This document shows, one piece after another, positions 29,331 through 43,037 of a stretch of DNA of 64,000 nucleotides. The stretch spans positions 24,862,001 through 24,926,000 of the forward strand of contig NC_043018.1 of NCBI RefSeq assembly GCF_006345805.1, in the 5' to 3' direction. Origin of the DNA: Octopus sinensis. Its lineage: Eukaryota. The notes under the pieces were generated by a model. The model did no database searches, was not told the origin of the DNA, and saw only the letters and a program-made list of their open reading frames with translations. Numbering within the stretch: the first letter of the stretch is position 1; the number at the start of each line of letters is the position of its first letter. A program made the position numbers and the translations under genes.

Positions 29331-29713
29331 CTAGCAGTATCGCCCGGCGTTGCTCGGGTTTGTAAGGGAAATAACTATATAAGCATTTTTAGAGATGTAA
29401 AGTATAATAGCCATCTCAATATGGCTAACCACAAAGGTGGGGTGTTACTGTAGCTTTTTACGTTCTGAGATTTAATAATAAATTTTTAGAGAGTTACTTC
29501 CCTTATATATGCCAAAAATGCATTAAAAATGGGAAAAATTGATGGTAAATTTTTTTTTAAATTGTAGACTCATCGTAGACGTGCGCTAATACCCAGAAGG
29601 GCTCGATATGAATCACGACTATAAGATAGTTAAACTGCACCACAAAATGTGGGAGTAGTTAGGAATCTAAATCGTAGGAGACAGACAGCACGCAACCTCA
29701 CTTTTATATATAA

Positions 29714-29716
<3 letters not shown>
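29331..29716 (-). mobile_element. Non-autonomous Helitron
   Basis: Minus strand: 5' TC(TTTATATATAAAA), 3' hairpin CCCGAGCAACGCCGGG about 10 nt before the terminal CTAG, A|T insertion site, no TSD. Confidence 0.8.
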
Positions 29717-29764
<48 letters not shown>

Positions 29765-29772
29765 TACATACA

Positions 29773-29806
<34 letters not shown>

Positions 29807-30389
29807 CATACATACATACAGGAGTGTGACGAAAGAACTCTGGCCGAAATAAGATTAAGATTAATGTAAAAAATAAATAACACTGAATATATAGTGTGTG
29901 TATTTTTATTGGCTAAACTGGCAAAATGACCATTCCGAAATATAACAATATCTGTAATATAATATGTGACAATTATTAGGTTGCCATAAAAAAAAATCTG
30001 AGTTTCAGACGAACATAAAACAGGAGAAATACTCAGGCTGGATATGGCAGGTTTAAATACTAAAGGGTTAACAAGTCCTCTTATTTCAATGAGGTAAGGT
30101 GGGATTTGAAGAACATATATATATAATGCAAAATGGAGATGAACACCAATTTTTCTATGTGACTGGCTTGAAAAATTGTTAAGATATTTCTTAACATGAA
30201 ACTAATGGTAGCCTTAATACACAAATTATCTTTATCCATCAATGCAGTGTTGATCACTCATTTTCATTGTTCAGTATTTGCATATAAGTACACACACACA
30301 TACATATGTATATAAACACATACACAACACAGATATGCATCTGGTGTGTGTGTGTTCAAAGCTTTGATGTTACAATGTTACTAGTATGA

Positions 30390-31090
30390 TATAAAGATAC
30401 TATGATGTCATTACAATGCTATGATGAGACTACAATAATATTATGATGTGATGATAAGACTGAGTTGGCAGAATCGTTGCATTTTGTCCATCTCTACATT
30501 CTGAGTTCAAATTCTGCCAAGGTCAACTTTACCGTTCATCCTTTAAGGGTTGATAAGACAAGCGCCAGTTGAACAGTGGGGTTGATGAAATTGACTAACC
30601 CTTCCTTGAACTTGCTGGCCTTGTGCCAAAATTTGAAACCAATATTATGATGTGAAGATAAGACGAGGATGTTATGATGGTATGATGTTATGCTTTGACT
30701 ACAATTTTATGAGGATCTTATGACGATACTACAATATTATGATAACACTATGGCATTATATTATGCTGTTATGATGTTATGATAATACAATAACTATTTT
30801 GTGATGATAGTATAATGATACTATGATATTATGGCAACACTGTGACATACTATGGTGTTATGATGTTACCATGTTGTTATGATGATACTAAGTGCTATGC
30901 TCAATGTTACTAGGTAACTATGATGATGATGATGAAACTAAGATGGTACAAGGATGTTATGATGACAATGTTATGATATCGCAATGCTACTGCAATGTTA
31001 GGATTTGGATTAAAATGTTATGATAAGATGACATGACAATGTCACAATCTTTCTATGATGTTATGATGATAAAGTGATATGACAACATCA
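30390..31090. repeat. Cryptic degenerate (TATGATG)-like simple repeat interrupted by a SINE
   Basis: Recurrent tatgatg/atgatac motifs; family A SINE at about 30460-30640. Confidence 0.7.
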
Positions 31091-31534
31091 TTACGTTTGA
31101 ATGTTTGTTTTAGAAGAGAGTGTGACTTCAATTAATATTCAATTAAAATCTCATTATGACTGTCTTAAGTGACATTTAACACAAGTTCATTTACTGTTTG
31201 ATGTTAGTGGTGGAGGTGGTTGTACCACTGGTATCCAGACATCCTGCCTTTGCCAACAACATCAACACAACTTATGTCTTGCTCACACACACACACACAC
31301 ACACACATATATACAAACCTTAAAATTATCATGTCATACATATCTATAAGTAACGTGATGTAAAATATTTTAGATTTAATATACTCACATACATAAACAC
31401 ATACAGACATATGTATTATATATCATGCTTTTAGCTATAATTCTATGAATTATTTTTCAGACAAAACATATATACATACATATATATATATATATATAGA
31501 TATATATAAGTAACAAGGATGTACAGGCATCAAT

Positions 31535-31619
31535 TCATTACGGCTGTTTCAAGGAGCTCCATTTGCTTCATTAATGAGAACATTACATCAATTTGAAAGA
31601 AGCTGCTCTCTTCAGATGA
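31535..31619 (-). ncRNA. Degenerate type I hammerhead motif (duplicated at 33415-33499)
   Basis: Minus strand: tcat CTGAAGA gagcagct...agctcctt GAAAC AGCC GTA atga. Confidence 0.45.
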
Positions 31620-31911
31620 CTGCATGGACATCAAACATAAAAGATAAACCATTTTTTAAATACAAATTTACATCAATAATGGAAACCAAAATATTAACAT
31701 TGCTTCCTTTTGTTATATTTGCAGCAGATATCTTCACTTAGCTGGGTTGCATTGTCTACACTCACGATATACAGGAATATAGGTACAAACATCCCTACAT
31801 GGAATCTTGATATTTAATATTCAAATAATATTGTTGAGGCATGCAGAATTAACTGAACTAGCAAGGTGCCTCAATTTAAGTACCTAATTCAAATGAATAT
31901 ATACCATATAT

Positions 31912-32208
31912 GTGGAGGCGCAATGGCCTAGTGGTTAGGGCAGCGGACTCGCGGTTTCGATTCCCAGACTGGGCATTGTGAGTGTTTATTGAGCAAAAAC
32001 ACCTAAAACTTGACGAGGCTCCGGCAGGGGGTCGTGGCGATCCCTGCTGTACTCTTTCACCACAACTTTCTCTCACTCTTTCATCTGTTGGCCTGCTCGC
32101 TTAGCCAGCGAAGTGGCGTCATTTCAAGGCTAAAACAATGCGAAGCGCATTGTGACCAGCGATGTGTAACAACATCTGATAGCCTGGTCGGTCACGGTGA
32201 TCACGGTG
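31912..32208 (+). mobile_element. tRNA-derived SINE (family D) with 13-bp target-site duplication; copy at about 33793-34077
   Basis: Box A TGGCCTAGTGG, box B GGTTTCGATTCCC; ATATACCATATAT at 31899-31911 and 32209-32221. Confidence 0.85.
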
Positions 32209-35147
32209 ATATACCATATATAAAAAATCAAAATATATATAAAATCAAAATAAGCAACAGGATATCAAGAAGTGATGCAGTACATATATATTATATACAT
32301 GCATGTATGCATTTATACACACACACACATATATATATTGCATCAACATCACCAATGCTACAATCACCACAACCACCACCATAACAACCACCACTGCTAT
32401 TATTTGTACAACTACCACCAAGACCATCATTAGCATCACTTCGGTTGTCGCACTGTACCATCGTAAAGAAGGGTGGTCACACTGGATTGGCAATGCGGCC
32501 CGGGATGTATTGTGCTTACAAATAAAAGACAGGGTGGTCATGGTTGGAACACCTTTGATAATAGGTCTACTGGGTCTGGACTGATCTGGGACAAATCTAC
32601 ACTGCAAATGCCACCCTCATTTCCATCATTGTAACCACTGTCATCATCATCATCATCAATACTACCACCACCACCACCACCACCATCGTGACCAACATCA
32701 TCCCTTCATCATCATCATCACCACCACCACCACCACCATGATCATCATTATCATCTCCACTATCACCACCACTAACAAACATAAGACACTGCCACCATCA
32801 TGATTGACACCATCACCACCACCATCATCATCACCACCATCACCATCACTGCCTTCACATCATCGTTATGCATCTGTTGTCCATTTCTCGCACTTAGATG
32901 AGTTGGGATGCAGTGTTTGTTGCCTGATGTTTTCAGCCGAGTCTTCATTCATCTAATTATTTCTTCGTTAACAGAATGAAGCTGCAAGAATTAATGTACA
33001 TTTTAATATGTACACGTTTGTGTGTGAGGGAGAGAGAGGAGAGAGAGAGAGAGGGAGAGAATGATAAAGCATTGATAGCTGTTGACGATGATGTGTGTGT
33101 TTGTTAATGTATGTCAGTGTGTATGTATATATGAGTGTGTGTATGTGTATATATGTGTACACACACACACACACACACACATATATACAAACCTTAAAAT
33201 TATCATGTCATACATATCTATAAGTAACGTGATGTAAAATATTTTAGATTTAATATACACACATACATAAACACATACAAACAGACATATGTATTATATA
33301 TCATGCTTTTAGCTATAATTCTATAAATTATTTTTCAGACAAAACATATATACATACATATATATATATATATAGATATATATATATAAGTAACAAGGAT
33401 GTACAGGCATCAATTCATTACGGCTGTTTCAAGGAGCTCCATTTGCTTCATTAATGAGAACATTACATCAATTTGAAAGAAGCTGCTCTCTTCAGATGAC
33501 TGCATGGACATCAAACATAAAAGATAAACCATTTTTTAAATACAAATTTACATCAATAATGGAAACCAAAATATTAACATTGCTTCCTTTTGTTATATTT
33601 GCAGCAGATATCTTCACTTAGCTGGGTTGCATTGTCTACACTCACGATATACAGGAATATTAGGTACAAACATCCCTACATGGAATCTTGATATTTAATA
33701 TTCAAATAATATTGTTGAGGCATGCAGAATTAACTGAACTAGCAAGGTGCCTCAATTTAAGTACCTAATTCAAATGAATATATACCATATATGTGGAGGC
33801 GCAATGGCCTAGCGGACTCGCGGTTTCGATTCCCAGACTGGGCATTGTGAGTGTTTATTGAGCGAAAACACCTAAAACTTGACGAGGCTCCGGCAGGGGG
33901 TCGTGGCGATCCCTGCTGTACTCTTTCACCACAACTTTCTCTCACTCTTTCATCTGTTGGCCTGCTCGCTTAGCCAGCGAAGTGGCGTCATTTCAAGGCT
34001 AAAACAATGCGAAGCGCATTGTGACCAGCGATGTGTAACAACATCTGATAGCCTGGTCGGTCACGGTGATCACGGTGATATACCATATATAAAAAATCAA
34101 AATATATATAAAATCAAAATAAGCACAGGATATCAAGAAGTGATGCAGTACATATATATTATATACATGCATGTATGCATTTATACACACACACACATAT
34201 ATATATTGCATCAACATCACCAATGCTACAATCACCACAACCACCACCATAACAACCACCACTGCTATTATTTGTACAACTACCACCAAGACCATCATTA
34301 GCATCACTTCGGTTGTCGCACTGTACCATCGTAAAGAAGGTGGTCACACTGGATTGGCAATGCGGCCCGGGATGTATTGTGCTTACAAATAAAAGACAGG
34401 GTGGTCATGGTGGAACACCTTTGATAATAGGTCTACTGGGTCTGGACTGATCTGGGACAAATCTACACTGCAAATGCCACCCTCATTTCCATCATTGTAA
34501 CCACTGTCATCATCATCATCATCAATACTACCACCACCACCACCACCATCGTGACCAACATCATCCCTTCATCATCATCATCACCACCACCACCATGATC
34601 ATCATTATCATCTCCACTATCACCACCACTAACAAACATAAGACACTGCCACCATCATGATTGACACCATCACCACCACCATCATCATCACCACCATCAC
34701 CATCACTGCCTTCACATCATCGTTATGCATCTGTTGTCCATTTCTCGCACTTAGATGAGTTGGGATGCAGTGTTTGTTGCCTGATGTTTTCAGCCGAGTC
34801 TTCATTCATCTAATTAATTTCTTCGTTAACAGAATGAAGCTGCAAGAATTAATGTACATTTTAATATGTACACGTTTGTGTGTGAGGGAGAGAGAGGAGA
34901 GAGAGAGAGAGGGAGAGAATGATAAAGCATTGATAGCTGTTGACGATGATGTGTGTGTTTGTTAATGTATGTCAGTGTGTATGTATATATGAGTGTGTGT
35001 ATGTGTATATATGTGTACACACACACACACACACACACAAATACTAGAAAACATACAGACCCACACACATGCATACACATATAGGTGTAAGCAATAATGC
35101 ATCGGCATACATGCACACATGCCTATAAACAAACATATCTAAAATAA

Positions 35148-35710
35148 AACACCTATGCTGAACTATTGAGGACTCTACGGGTACTCTATCCAGATTACAA
35201 GTTCAGGTTTATACCTGTAGCTTCTCAACGAATGTTAACATAAAGCTGAAGATCAGTGAAAAAGAGAACACCTATGCTGAACTATTGAGAAATCTGCAGT
35301 TACTTTATCCAGATTACAAGTTCAGGTTTATACCTGTAATTATTGGGGCCCTGGAATATGTAACACACTGCTTAAATACCAATCTTGAGAAACTAGGCTT
35401 CTCAAAATCAGAAAGGAGAAAGCTAATTTGAAGACTACAGATCAGATCTATCACTGGAGCTGTAAAAATCTGTAAAACTTTCCAGAAGTTTAGCATTTAA
35501 ATATATACGAACATCTCTAGATATGCAACTATATATATGAGAATATATACATAAAGCAAAACATACAAATCTGCACATATACATACAAACAAAAATACCC
35601 TGTTTGTTGATGTTGAAATTTCAATGATGGAGCCTTGGATCTACATTAGAAATCGGTTCTTTCTATATTGGCAAGAAATCTTGAAATAAAGTGAATAATG
35701 ACAGACAAAC
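35148..35710 (+). mobile_element. 3' fragment of a restriction-like-endonuclease LINE (R4/Dong-like) with its first ~70 bp duplicated, plus 3' UTR
   Basis: 35225-35500 reads STNVNIKLKISEKENTYAELLRNLQLLYPDYKFRFIPVIIGALEYVTHCLNTNLEKLGFSKSERRKLI*RLQIRSITGAVKICKTFQKFSI*, typical of an RLE domain C-terminus; one internal stop. Confidence 0.75.
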
Positions 35711-35791
35711 AGACATATGTATGTACGGGCATCTTCCAGTTTCTGTCTACCAAATCTGCTCAGAAGTTTTTGGTCAGACCAGGTCTATAAT

Positions 35792-36006
35792 CATCATCAT
35801 CATTGTTCGACCGTGGTCGAGACAATGGAATTTACTATGTTACGCCAGACTTCACGGTTCATCATAGCATTACGGAGGTCCTGTTGCTGGATGCCTGTAT
35901 CCCTGGAGATTACATCAGGGTAGGAGAGTGTGCACCCTCTGGTATTGCGAGTAGATGGCTTCCAGAGGAAAAGAGTAGAAATTACTTCTTTTTCAGCTCT
36001 ACAACA
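35792..36006 (-). mobile_element. 5'-truncated RTE-type LINE 3' end with (GAT)n tail and 11-bp TSD, nested in a family B SINE
   Basis: Minus ORF tail LFLWKPSTRNTRGCTLSYPDVISRDTGIQQQDLRNAMMNREVWRNIVNSIVSTTVEQ*; AGGTCTATAAT at 35781-35791 and 36007-36017. Confidence 0.78.
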
Positions 36007-36486
36007 AGGTCTATAATACAAGATGTTTGCTGAAGTTGTCACACAGTAGGGCTGAACCCAAAACCATATGGTTGGCATGCACACTTGTTAAGTACACCGC
36101 CATGCCTGTGCCAAACAGCCACACCGGCACCTCTATTTTAAAGACCCTGGATGAGTGACGATAACATTAGAACTCCAAAGGATTTGAACTCTGAAATGTA
36201 AAATGATGGAAGTGAATAACAAGCTGTTTTTTGTGATGCTCTGTCGACTCAGCTACTCCACCAGTATTTTTTGCTGCGGAGAAAGACCTAGAATTTCATT
36301 GGCCGTTCTTTCCTGTTCGGTTGATGCCAGTTCCGTATGTAAGTGAGTACAACCCATTAATCAAAACGCTTGTCATACACAGACATATACATACACACAC
36401 ACACACAAACATACATGTGTGTGCATATGTAGCTTAATGGTTTTATATATATATGTGCCTATATGTTTATATCATATATAATGTAA

Positions 36487-36522
<36 letters not shown>

Positions 36523-36638
36523 TATATAATGTATGATATATATATATATATATATATATAGATGCAAACACACACACAGAAGTATTTCTACAAAATGCAT
36601 AACAATACCGAAATCTGCTAATAATGATGATGTGGTGG

Positions 36639-36672
<34 letters not shown>

Positions 36673-37898
36673 GCAACAACAACAATAATAATATTAATAG
36701 CAACAACCAGTGACATCTTTTTTTACAATTATTTTCTTATGAATAGTATTGATAACAATTTTTATATTTTTATTTGTCAATAATGATAATAATAATAATA
36801 ATATTATCACCATCATCATCATTATTATTATTATCATTATCATTATTATTATAGTTTTATTTATTCTTCCTATAATAAAAGTTGTAATAATGGTAATAAT
36901 GATGAGGAACTTGGGCAAGCTGTAGATTTCCGCGAGTAGTAGATTATTATTATTATCATTATTATTATTATTATTATTGTTGTTGTTGTTGTTATTAATA
37001 TGGTTTGGATTATTAGCGAAGAGAGAGAAGGAATCCGAAGTGTGCATGTAATAAAGCACGTTTTATTGGTACTAATTTGAAAAACGATTCCAGGAATCAT
37101 GCCAAAAAAACTCATGTCCTGGCAGAGTTACAAAGTCAGAAGCAGAACAGCAATAACAACAACAACAACCAGAACAACAAGAAAGAAGAACAACAACAAC
37201 AATGACCACCAGCTACTTGTGTGTCCAAAGAAGAAAACACTTAGGACAAAACTTTTTTCTTAAAAATGGATGGAACCCCATTTCTGCTACATATATATTA
37301 CCCTCTGATCCATGGATGGAATATTCTACCCAATTGTCAGTTAGGATATGATGTTAATGATGATGTTAATGATGATGATGATGGTGACGATATAGCCTAT
37401 TTCTTTACTACCCACAAGGGGCTAAACACAGTGAGGACAAATGGATTAAGTCGACTATATCGACCCCAGTGCATAACTGGTACTTATTTAATCGACCCCG
37501 AAAGGATGAAAGGCAAAGTTGACCTCGGTGGAATTTGAACTCAGAACGTAACGGCAGACGAAATACGGCTACGCATTTCGCCCGGCGTGCTAACGTTTCT
37601 ACCAACTCACCGCCTTTGGTGATGATATAGCCGGTTAGCTCCAGGTCATCTCTAAGCCATTCAGCAGACCTTATGGTCAAAGGTGTGGTTACATGTGTTG
37701 TTCAGCCACTACCCGCATGTCAGGGCCCTGGTGCAGTAAACCTTATGATCCTTTGCTGGTTTACTCAAATTGTTTGGCCCCAGGTTAGATCCTCATCCAG
37801 CAGACCTCCAATGATCAAAGAGGTATTGGCCATACCAAGTTGTTTAATTCAAGTTCCTCTCTGAGCCTGCAGTTTCATTCTTCAGATTTAGTATTCAA

Positions 37899-37930
<32 letters not shown>

Positions 37931-37946
37931 CTATATATGTGTGTAA

Positions 37947-37988
<42 letters not shown>

Positions 37989-39092
37989 ATGTGTATGTAT
38001 ATGTGTGTGTGTGTATGAATATATGTGTGTATATGTATATATGTGTATATGTATGTATATCTCTCTTTCTTTACTCTTCTACTTGTTTCAGTCATTTGAC
38101 TGTCGCAATGCTGGAGCACCGCCTTTAGTCGAGCAAATCGACCCCAGGACTTATTCTTCGTAAACCTAGTCTCTTTTGCTGAACCACTAAGTTACAGGGA
38201 CATAAACACACCAGCATCAGTTGTCAAGCGATGTTGGGGGGGGACAAACAAAGACACACAAACATATATACACACACACACACACACACTATATATATGT
38301 GTGTATGTGTGTGTGTGTGTGTGTATATGTTTGTGTGTGTATACTGGAAACAACAGTAAGTCATTTTTGTTATAATAGGTAATATGTAATGACTATTATT
38401 TATGCCTCGTCTGATATACCTACATACATACATCCAGGACGACATTATCCAGTGTGTATATATTGTGTAAATGGTACACATGTAGAGCTCTGTTTGAGGT
38501 AGGCTATGCAATATCAGTAGATGCACCCCTATCTTCCTGTTAACGGACATGCTTCAAGGGTGGTTCCCTTTGTGATGATGTTTTAAAAAAGCTCATGCTG
38601 GTACAACTGGGTCTTAACCCTTTTGATACCAACCAAGTAGCCCCTGGTTTTACAATACAAACATCCTGTAATTATCTAAACTAAAACTTTCCCCAAAGTG
38701 CAAAAAAACATACTTTATTTGGAAGTTGAAAGATTACTGAATCTCTTGATACCTCATACGTCAAAATCGGCATCTCAGTTTTCGAATCCATAAGGAACAC
38801 ACACACAGAGTTCTTGTGGAGGTATCCATGGAAAATGGACATTAAATGATGAGGATATATATGATGGGCTTCCATACAGTTCTAATCCATCAAATTCATT
38901 CACAAGGCATTGGTAGGCCTGGGGCTATAGTAAAAGACATTTGCTTTGCCGAAGGTGCAGTGCAGTGAGATTGAACCCAAAATTACATGGCTGCCAATCA
39001 AGCTTTTAACCACACAGCCATTAATTAACAAAGGGTGAAGTATTTCATGAGAATTATGGTAACAAAAGAGTCAAAGGAGAATTCTATTAACC

Positions 39093-39320
39093 TTAACTCT
39101 TTAGCATTTAAACCAGCCATATCTGGCCAAAAGTATTCTGTCTGTTTTATGTTCAAACTGGCCAGATCTTGTCTCTCACACCAATCCTAAATATCATTTT
39201 AAAAATTAACAGCTACCTCATCAAAATCTCATAGCTACAAGATAATGCATGATTAGTTCAAAACAAAGTGGATGAAAAAGCATTAATTTTGGCAGAATAA
39301 TGCGAACACTAATGGGTTAA
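39093..39320. mobile_element. piggyBac-type MITE with TTAA ends (partial or deleted copies near 10452-10500, 22100-22330, 28621-28748, 38613-38690)
   Basis: TTAA-ctctttagcatt ... acactaatggg-TTAA. Confidence 0.65.
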
Positions 39321-40183
39321 TTCTATTAAGCTTCTACCATTTTATCTTTGCAGTTGTAGTGATTCCTGCTGCTTTCATTCTTGTAATGATTCTTCTGTCA
39401 AATCAAATAGCTGCAAGGCTGTAACTCAAAACAGCACTGGTTTGCTCATACACCTAGCAAACACACCTAATAAAGCAGAGCTTCCATTGCCATAGTGTGA
39501 ATGTGCACAAGCCACCCACATACATCAACTATACAAAAGTCATGCACCAAAACATTTGACATTTTATTCATGCTACATTATTACCAAGGGGATGAAACTG
39601 CCCTGCGTCCACTGCATTCAAAAGTTGTGGTGAGCAGTTGCTGTCTCATGTAAGATGAATCCAGCTGTATACTGAGCAAATACACTTTTACTCTTTTACT
39701 TGTTTCAGTCATTTGACTGTGGCCATGCTGGAGAACCGCCTTTAGTCGAGCAAATCGACCCCAGGGCTTATTCTTTGTAAGCCTAGTACTTATTCTATCG
39801 GAGTGGCAAGACTGGAGAGGCTGAATGGATAGGCTCTGAGTATGTTTTTCTAAGCAGGAGGAAAGAAACTGGAAGAGGGCACTTTCCCATACCTTGTGGA
39901 TAGAAGAGTAATCGGGGTCTTTTGTGTAGGGTTTTACCTGAATTACCCAAAGTGGACTGCCCCGTTATTGGGAATTTCATTTATTTATTTATTCATTATT
40001 TATTCCTCTAATTTCTATTTCTTATATCCTTTGTTATGTCTGTTAATTTTCGAGTGTCTTCCTTTGATTGATGTAAACCCCACCTGCTTCTGTGTGTTGT
40101 ACCCTGTCCTTTGATATTGCCCTCCATATCTTGGGCCCTTGTGGCCAATAAAAGAAACCGCTGCCACCTGACCATCAACAAGG

Positions 40184-40395
40184 TGGTGAGCTGGCAGAAT
40201 TGTTAGCACACTCAGCAAAATGCTTAATGGCATTTCATCCGTCTTTATAATCTGAGTTCAAATTCCACCGAGGTCGGCTTTGCCTTTCATCTTTTTGGGG
40301 TTGATGAAATAAGTACCAGTTATGCACTAGGGTCGATGTAATTGACTATCCACCTTCCCCCCAAATTTTCAAGGCCTTGTGCCTAGACTAGAAAT
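40184..40395 (+). mobile_element. Family A SINE (other solo copies near 19300-19500, 30460-30640, 52255-52530)
   Basis: ggtggtgagctggcagaattgttagcac...ctgagttcaaattccaccgagg...ccttgtgcc. Confidence 0.8.
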
Positions 40396-40664
40396 TATTA
40401 TTATTATTAATTTTGTGTCATATGTGTGTGCTGATCATTATTTTACTCAATTTATTCAGTTTTATTAAATGAATTTTAATCTTGGTGTGTGACTTTTGGC
40501 CAATGCTGTGAAACAAAACTAAAATACTTCAAAAGCATGTATGATGATGATGATGATGATGATACACGCGTACACATATGCTCACATTTATACATATGTA
40601 CAGGTGTACATAAATCCATATATACACACACACATAAGTATATATATATATAGACACACATGAG

Positions 40665-40710
<46 letters not shown>

Positions 40711-40712
40711 TG

Positions 40713-40748
<36 letters not shown>

Positions 40749-41398
40749 TGTATATATATATATATATACACACACACACATACACACATGAAATTATACA
40801 CATGCATACGCACATATATGAATATATATACCTGTGTGTGTGAGTGTGTACATGTATATATATATATATGTGTAGAGATATAGATATATATATATATATG
40901 TATACATAGATACATGCATACATCCATCCACTCATCTACACACACACATACACAAAGAAAAAGTGAGTGGGAGTAAGAAAGTGAATAAGAGAGAGAGAGA
41001 GAGAGTCAATAAAATCCGCTATGCAGCATCTAACCAATCCCTGATGTGTGTCATCAATTAGTTATTACAGCCTTGGAACCTTTACTCCCTGCCATTCCAT
41101 CTCGTTTGTGGGCAATTGGCCAATGCTTGTATTTCACGTTACAGTTCTACACCTATTTACAATGTGGTAGCACCGTAGAATATATAGCTTTCATCATGCT
41201 CCGTTGCCAACTTCAGACTAATTTTAGAAAGGTATCTGTTGTTAATTTGCCTTAATAAACCTCTGAAGAAAGTTGATTAGGTATAGGTTCATGGTGAGGT
41301 TGATGTGTATTAATAGAACCATCCGGGATGATGGAGGCACTGTATTTTTCGGCATAAAAGTTAAACTTTTCAAACAAAATTGAGAGTTGAAAAATGTA

Positions 41399-41897
<499 letters not shown>

Positions 41898-41899
<2 letters not shown>

Positions 41900-42277
41900 G
41901 GGATCAATTAATTATGATGTCATTCAACATATTCTCCTCTCAGATTCACACACTTATTACAGCGGTCCTTCAGTTTTCTGACCCCTGTAAAAGAACTTGG
42001 AAGGGTCAGCCTTCAACCAGTCCTTTTGCAATACCCTTGGAAACTAGGAACTTTTCAGCACCCTCTTGTACATATATATATGAGGGGTGCTGAAAAGTTC
42101 TTGGTTTTGGATATAAGAAAATACAGGAGGATCAGTTAATTATGATTTTATTCGATTCACACACTTATTGCAGCGGTCCTTCAGTTTTTCTAAACCCTGT
42201 AAAAGAACTTAGAAGGTTGGGCCTCCGACCAGATTTTTCACAATACCCTTAAAGCTAGTAATTTTTCAGTAACACCA
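41898..42277. mobile_element. Two adjacent mariner-type MITE copies
   Basis: TIR-like gaacttttcagcaccctcttgTA (42048-42070) faces TAtgaggggtgctgaaaagttc (42079-42100); the two copies share internal sequence. Confidence 0.65.
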
Positions 42278-42482
42278 AGACAACTTTGGGAGAACCAAAA
42301 ATTCCATGTGAAATACAGCAGAATTTGGAAAAGATAACAATGCTTTCATGTTTACTCTACATATTTACACTATGGACTATATCGATTTGTATGTCTGAAA
42401 ATACAATAATCATTATACAGCATATATATAAAAAAAGATGAGATGACAAAGGAATAAATGATTATCTTATGATATTTCATTA

Positions 42483-42551
42483 GCTTACAGCTGTTTCTGC
42501 TGTAGACTCGTAGTTGAGTGACTGAGTAACACCTTATAGCTTCATCAGAGC
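42483..42551 (-). ncRNA. Minimal type I hammerhead motif
   Basis: Minus strand: gct CTGATGA agctata...tacagca GAAAC AGCT GTA agc. Confidence 0.5.
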
Positions 42552-43004
42552 ATTGAATATGAAATGCAATTTCTTTGGGAAAAGAATTACATTTATCCAC
42601 CACCACCACCACCAAAACCACCACAACCACCACCACACCACCTCAACCAGAAGAAGCAGCAGTAGTAGCACCACCACCACCATTGCTACCAACACCACTG
42701 CCACCATCAAAAACACCACACTATTAACATACCACCACCACTCTCAGCACTACCACCAGCACCAACAATAACATTAACAACACCATCAGCACCACCACCA
42801 CTGCGACCGCTGCTGCCACCACCACCACCACCATCACTGTGACCGCTGCTGCCACCACCACCACCAACTGCTGCAATCATATTCAACCATTGCTAAGCAA
42901 ATAATTCCCTGCAGTCAAGAACTGTGAATTCCTCTGATTTATCCATTAAACGGACCAAATGATATTCTCCTAAAGACAGAAGAAGGAAAACAACAATGAT
43001 GATA

Positions 43005-43037
<33 letters not shown>

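Larger units (their letters stand above)
31295..35040. repeat. Tandem duplication, unit about 1.87 kb, bounded by (CA)n
   Basis: atacaaacct at 31311 and 33185 (period 1874); near-identical content including hammerhead, SINE and (CAT/CAC)n. Confidence 0.92.

Noticed and set aside
31912-32000. tRNA genes
   Set aside because: Box A/B motifs belong to SINE heads; no full cloverleaf or acceptor stem is evident in any copy.
32010-32384. 124-aa ORF repeated at 33879
   Set aside because: Reads through a SINE and microsatellite; repeated only because of the tandem duplication.
38440-38545. Minus LHSLPQTELYMCTI resembling FNLPETYLLAC
   Set aside because: The upstream YPNKF...ILNTL motif is absent and the phase does not fit; likely chance.
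41145-41231. 87-nt + strand exon-like segment
   Set aside because: Weak donor, no recognisable peptide, and lies after the putative terminal exon at 39354; insufficient support.
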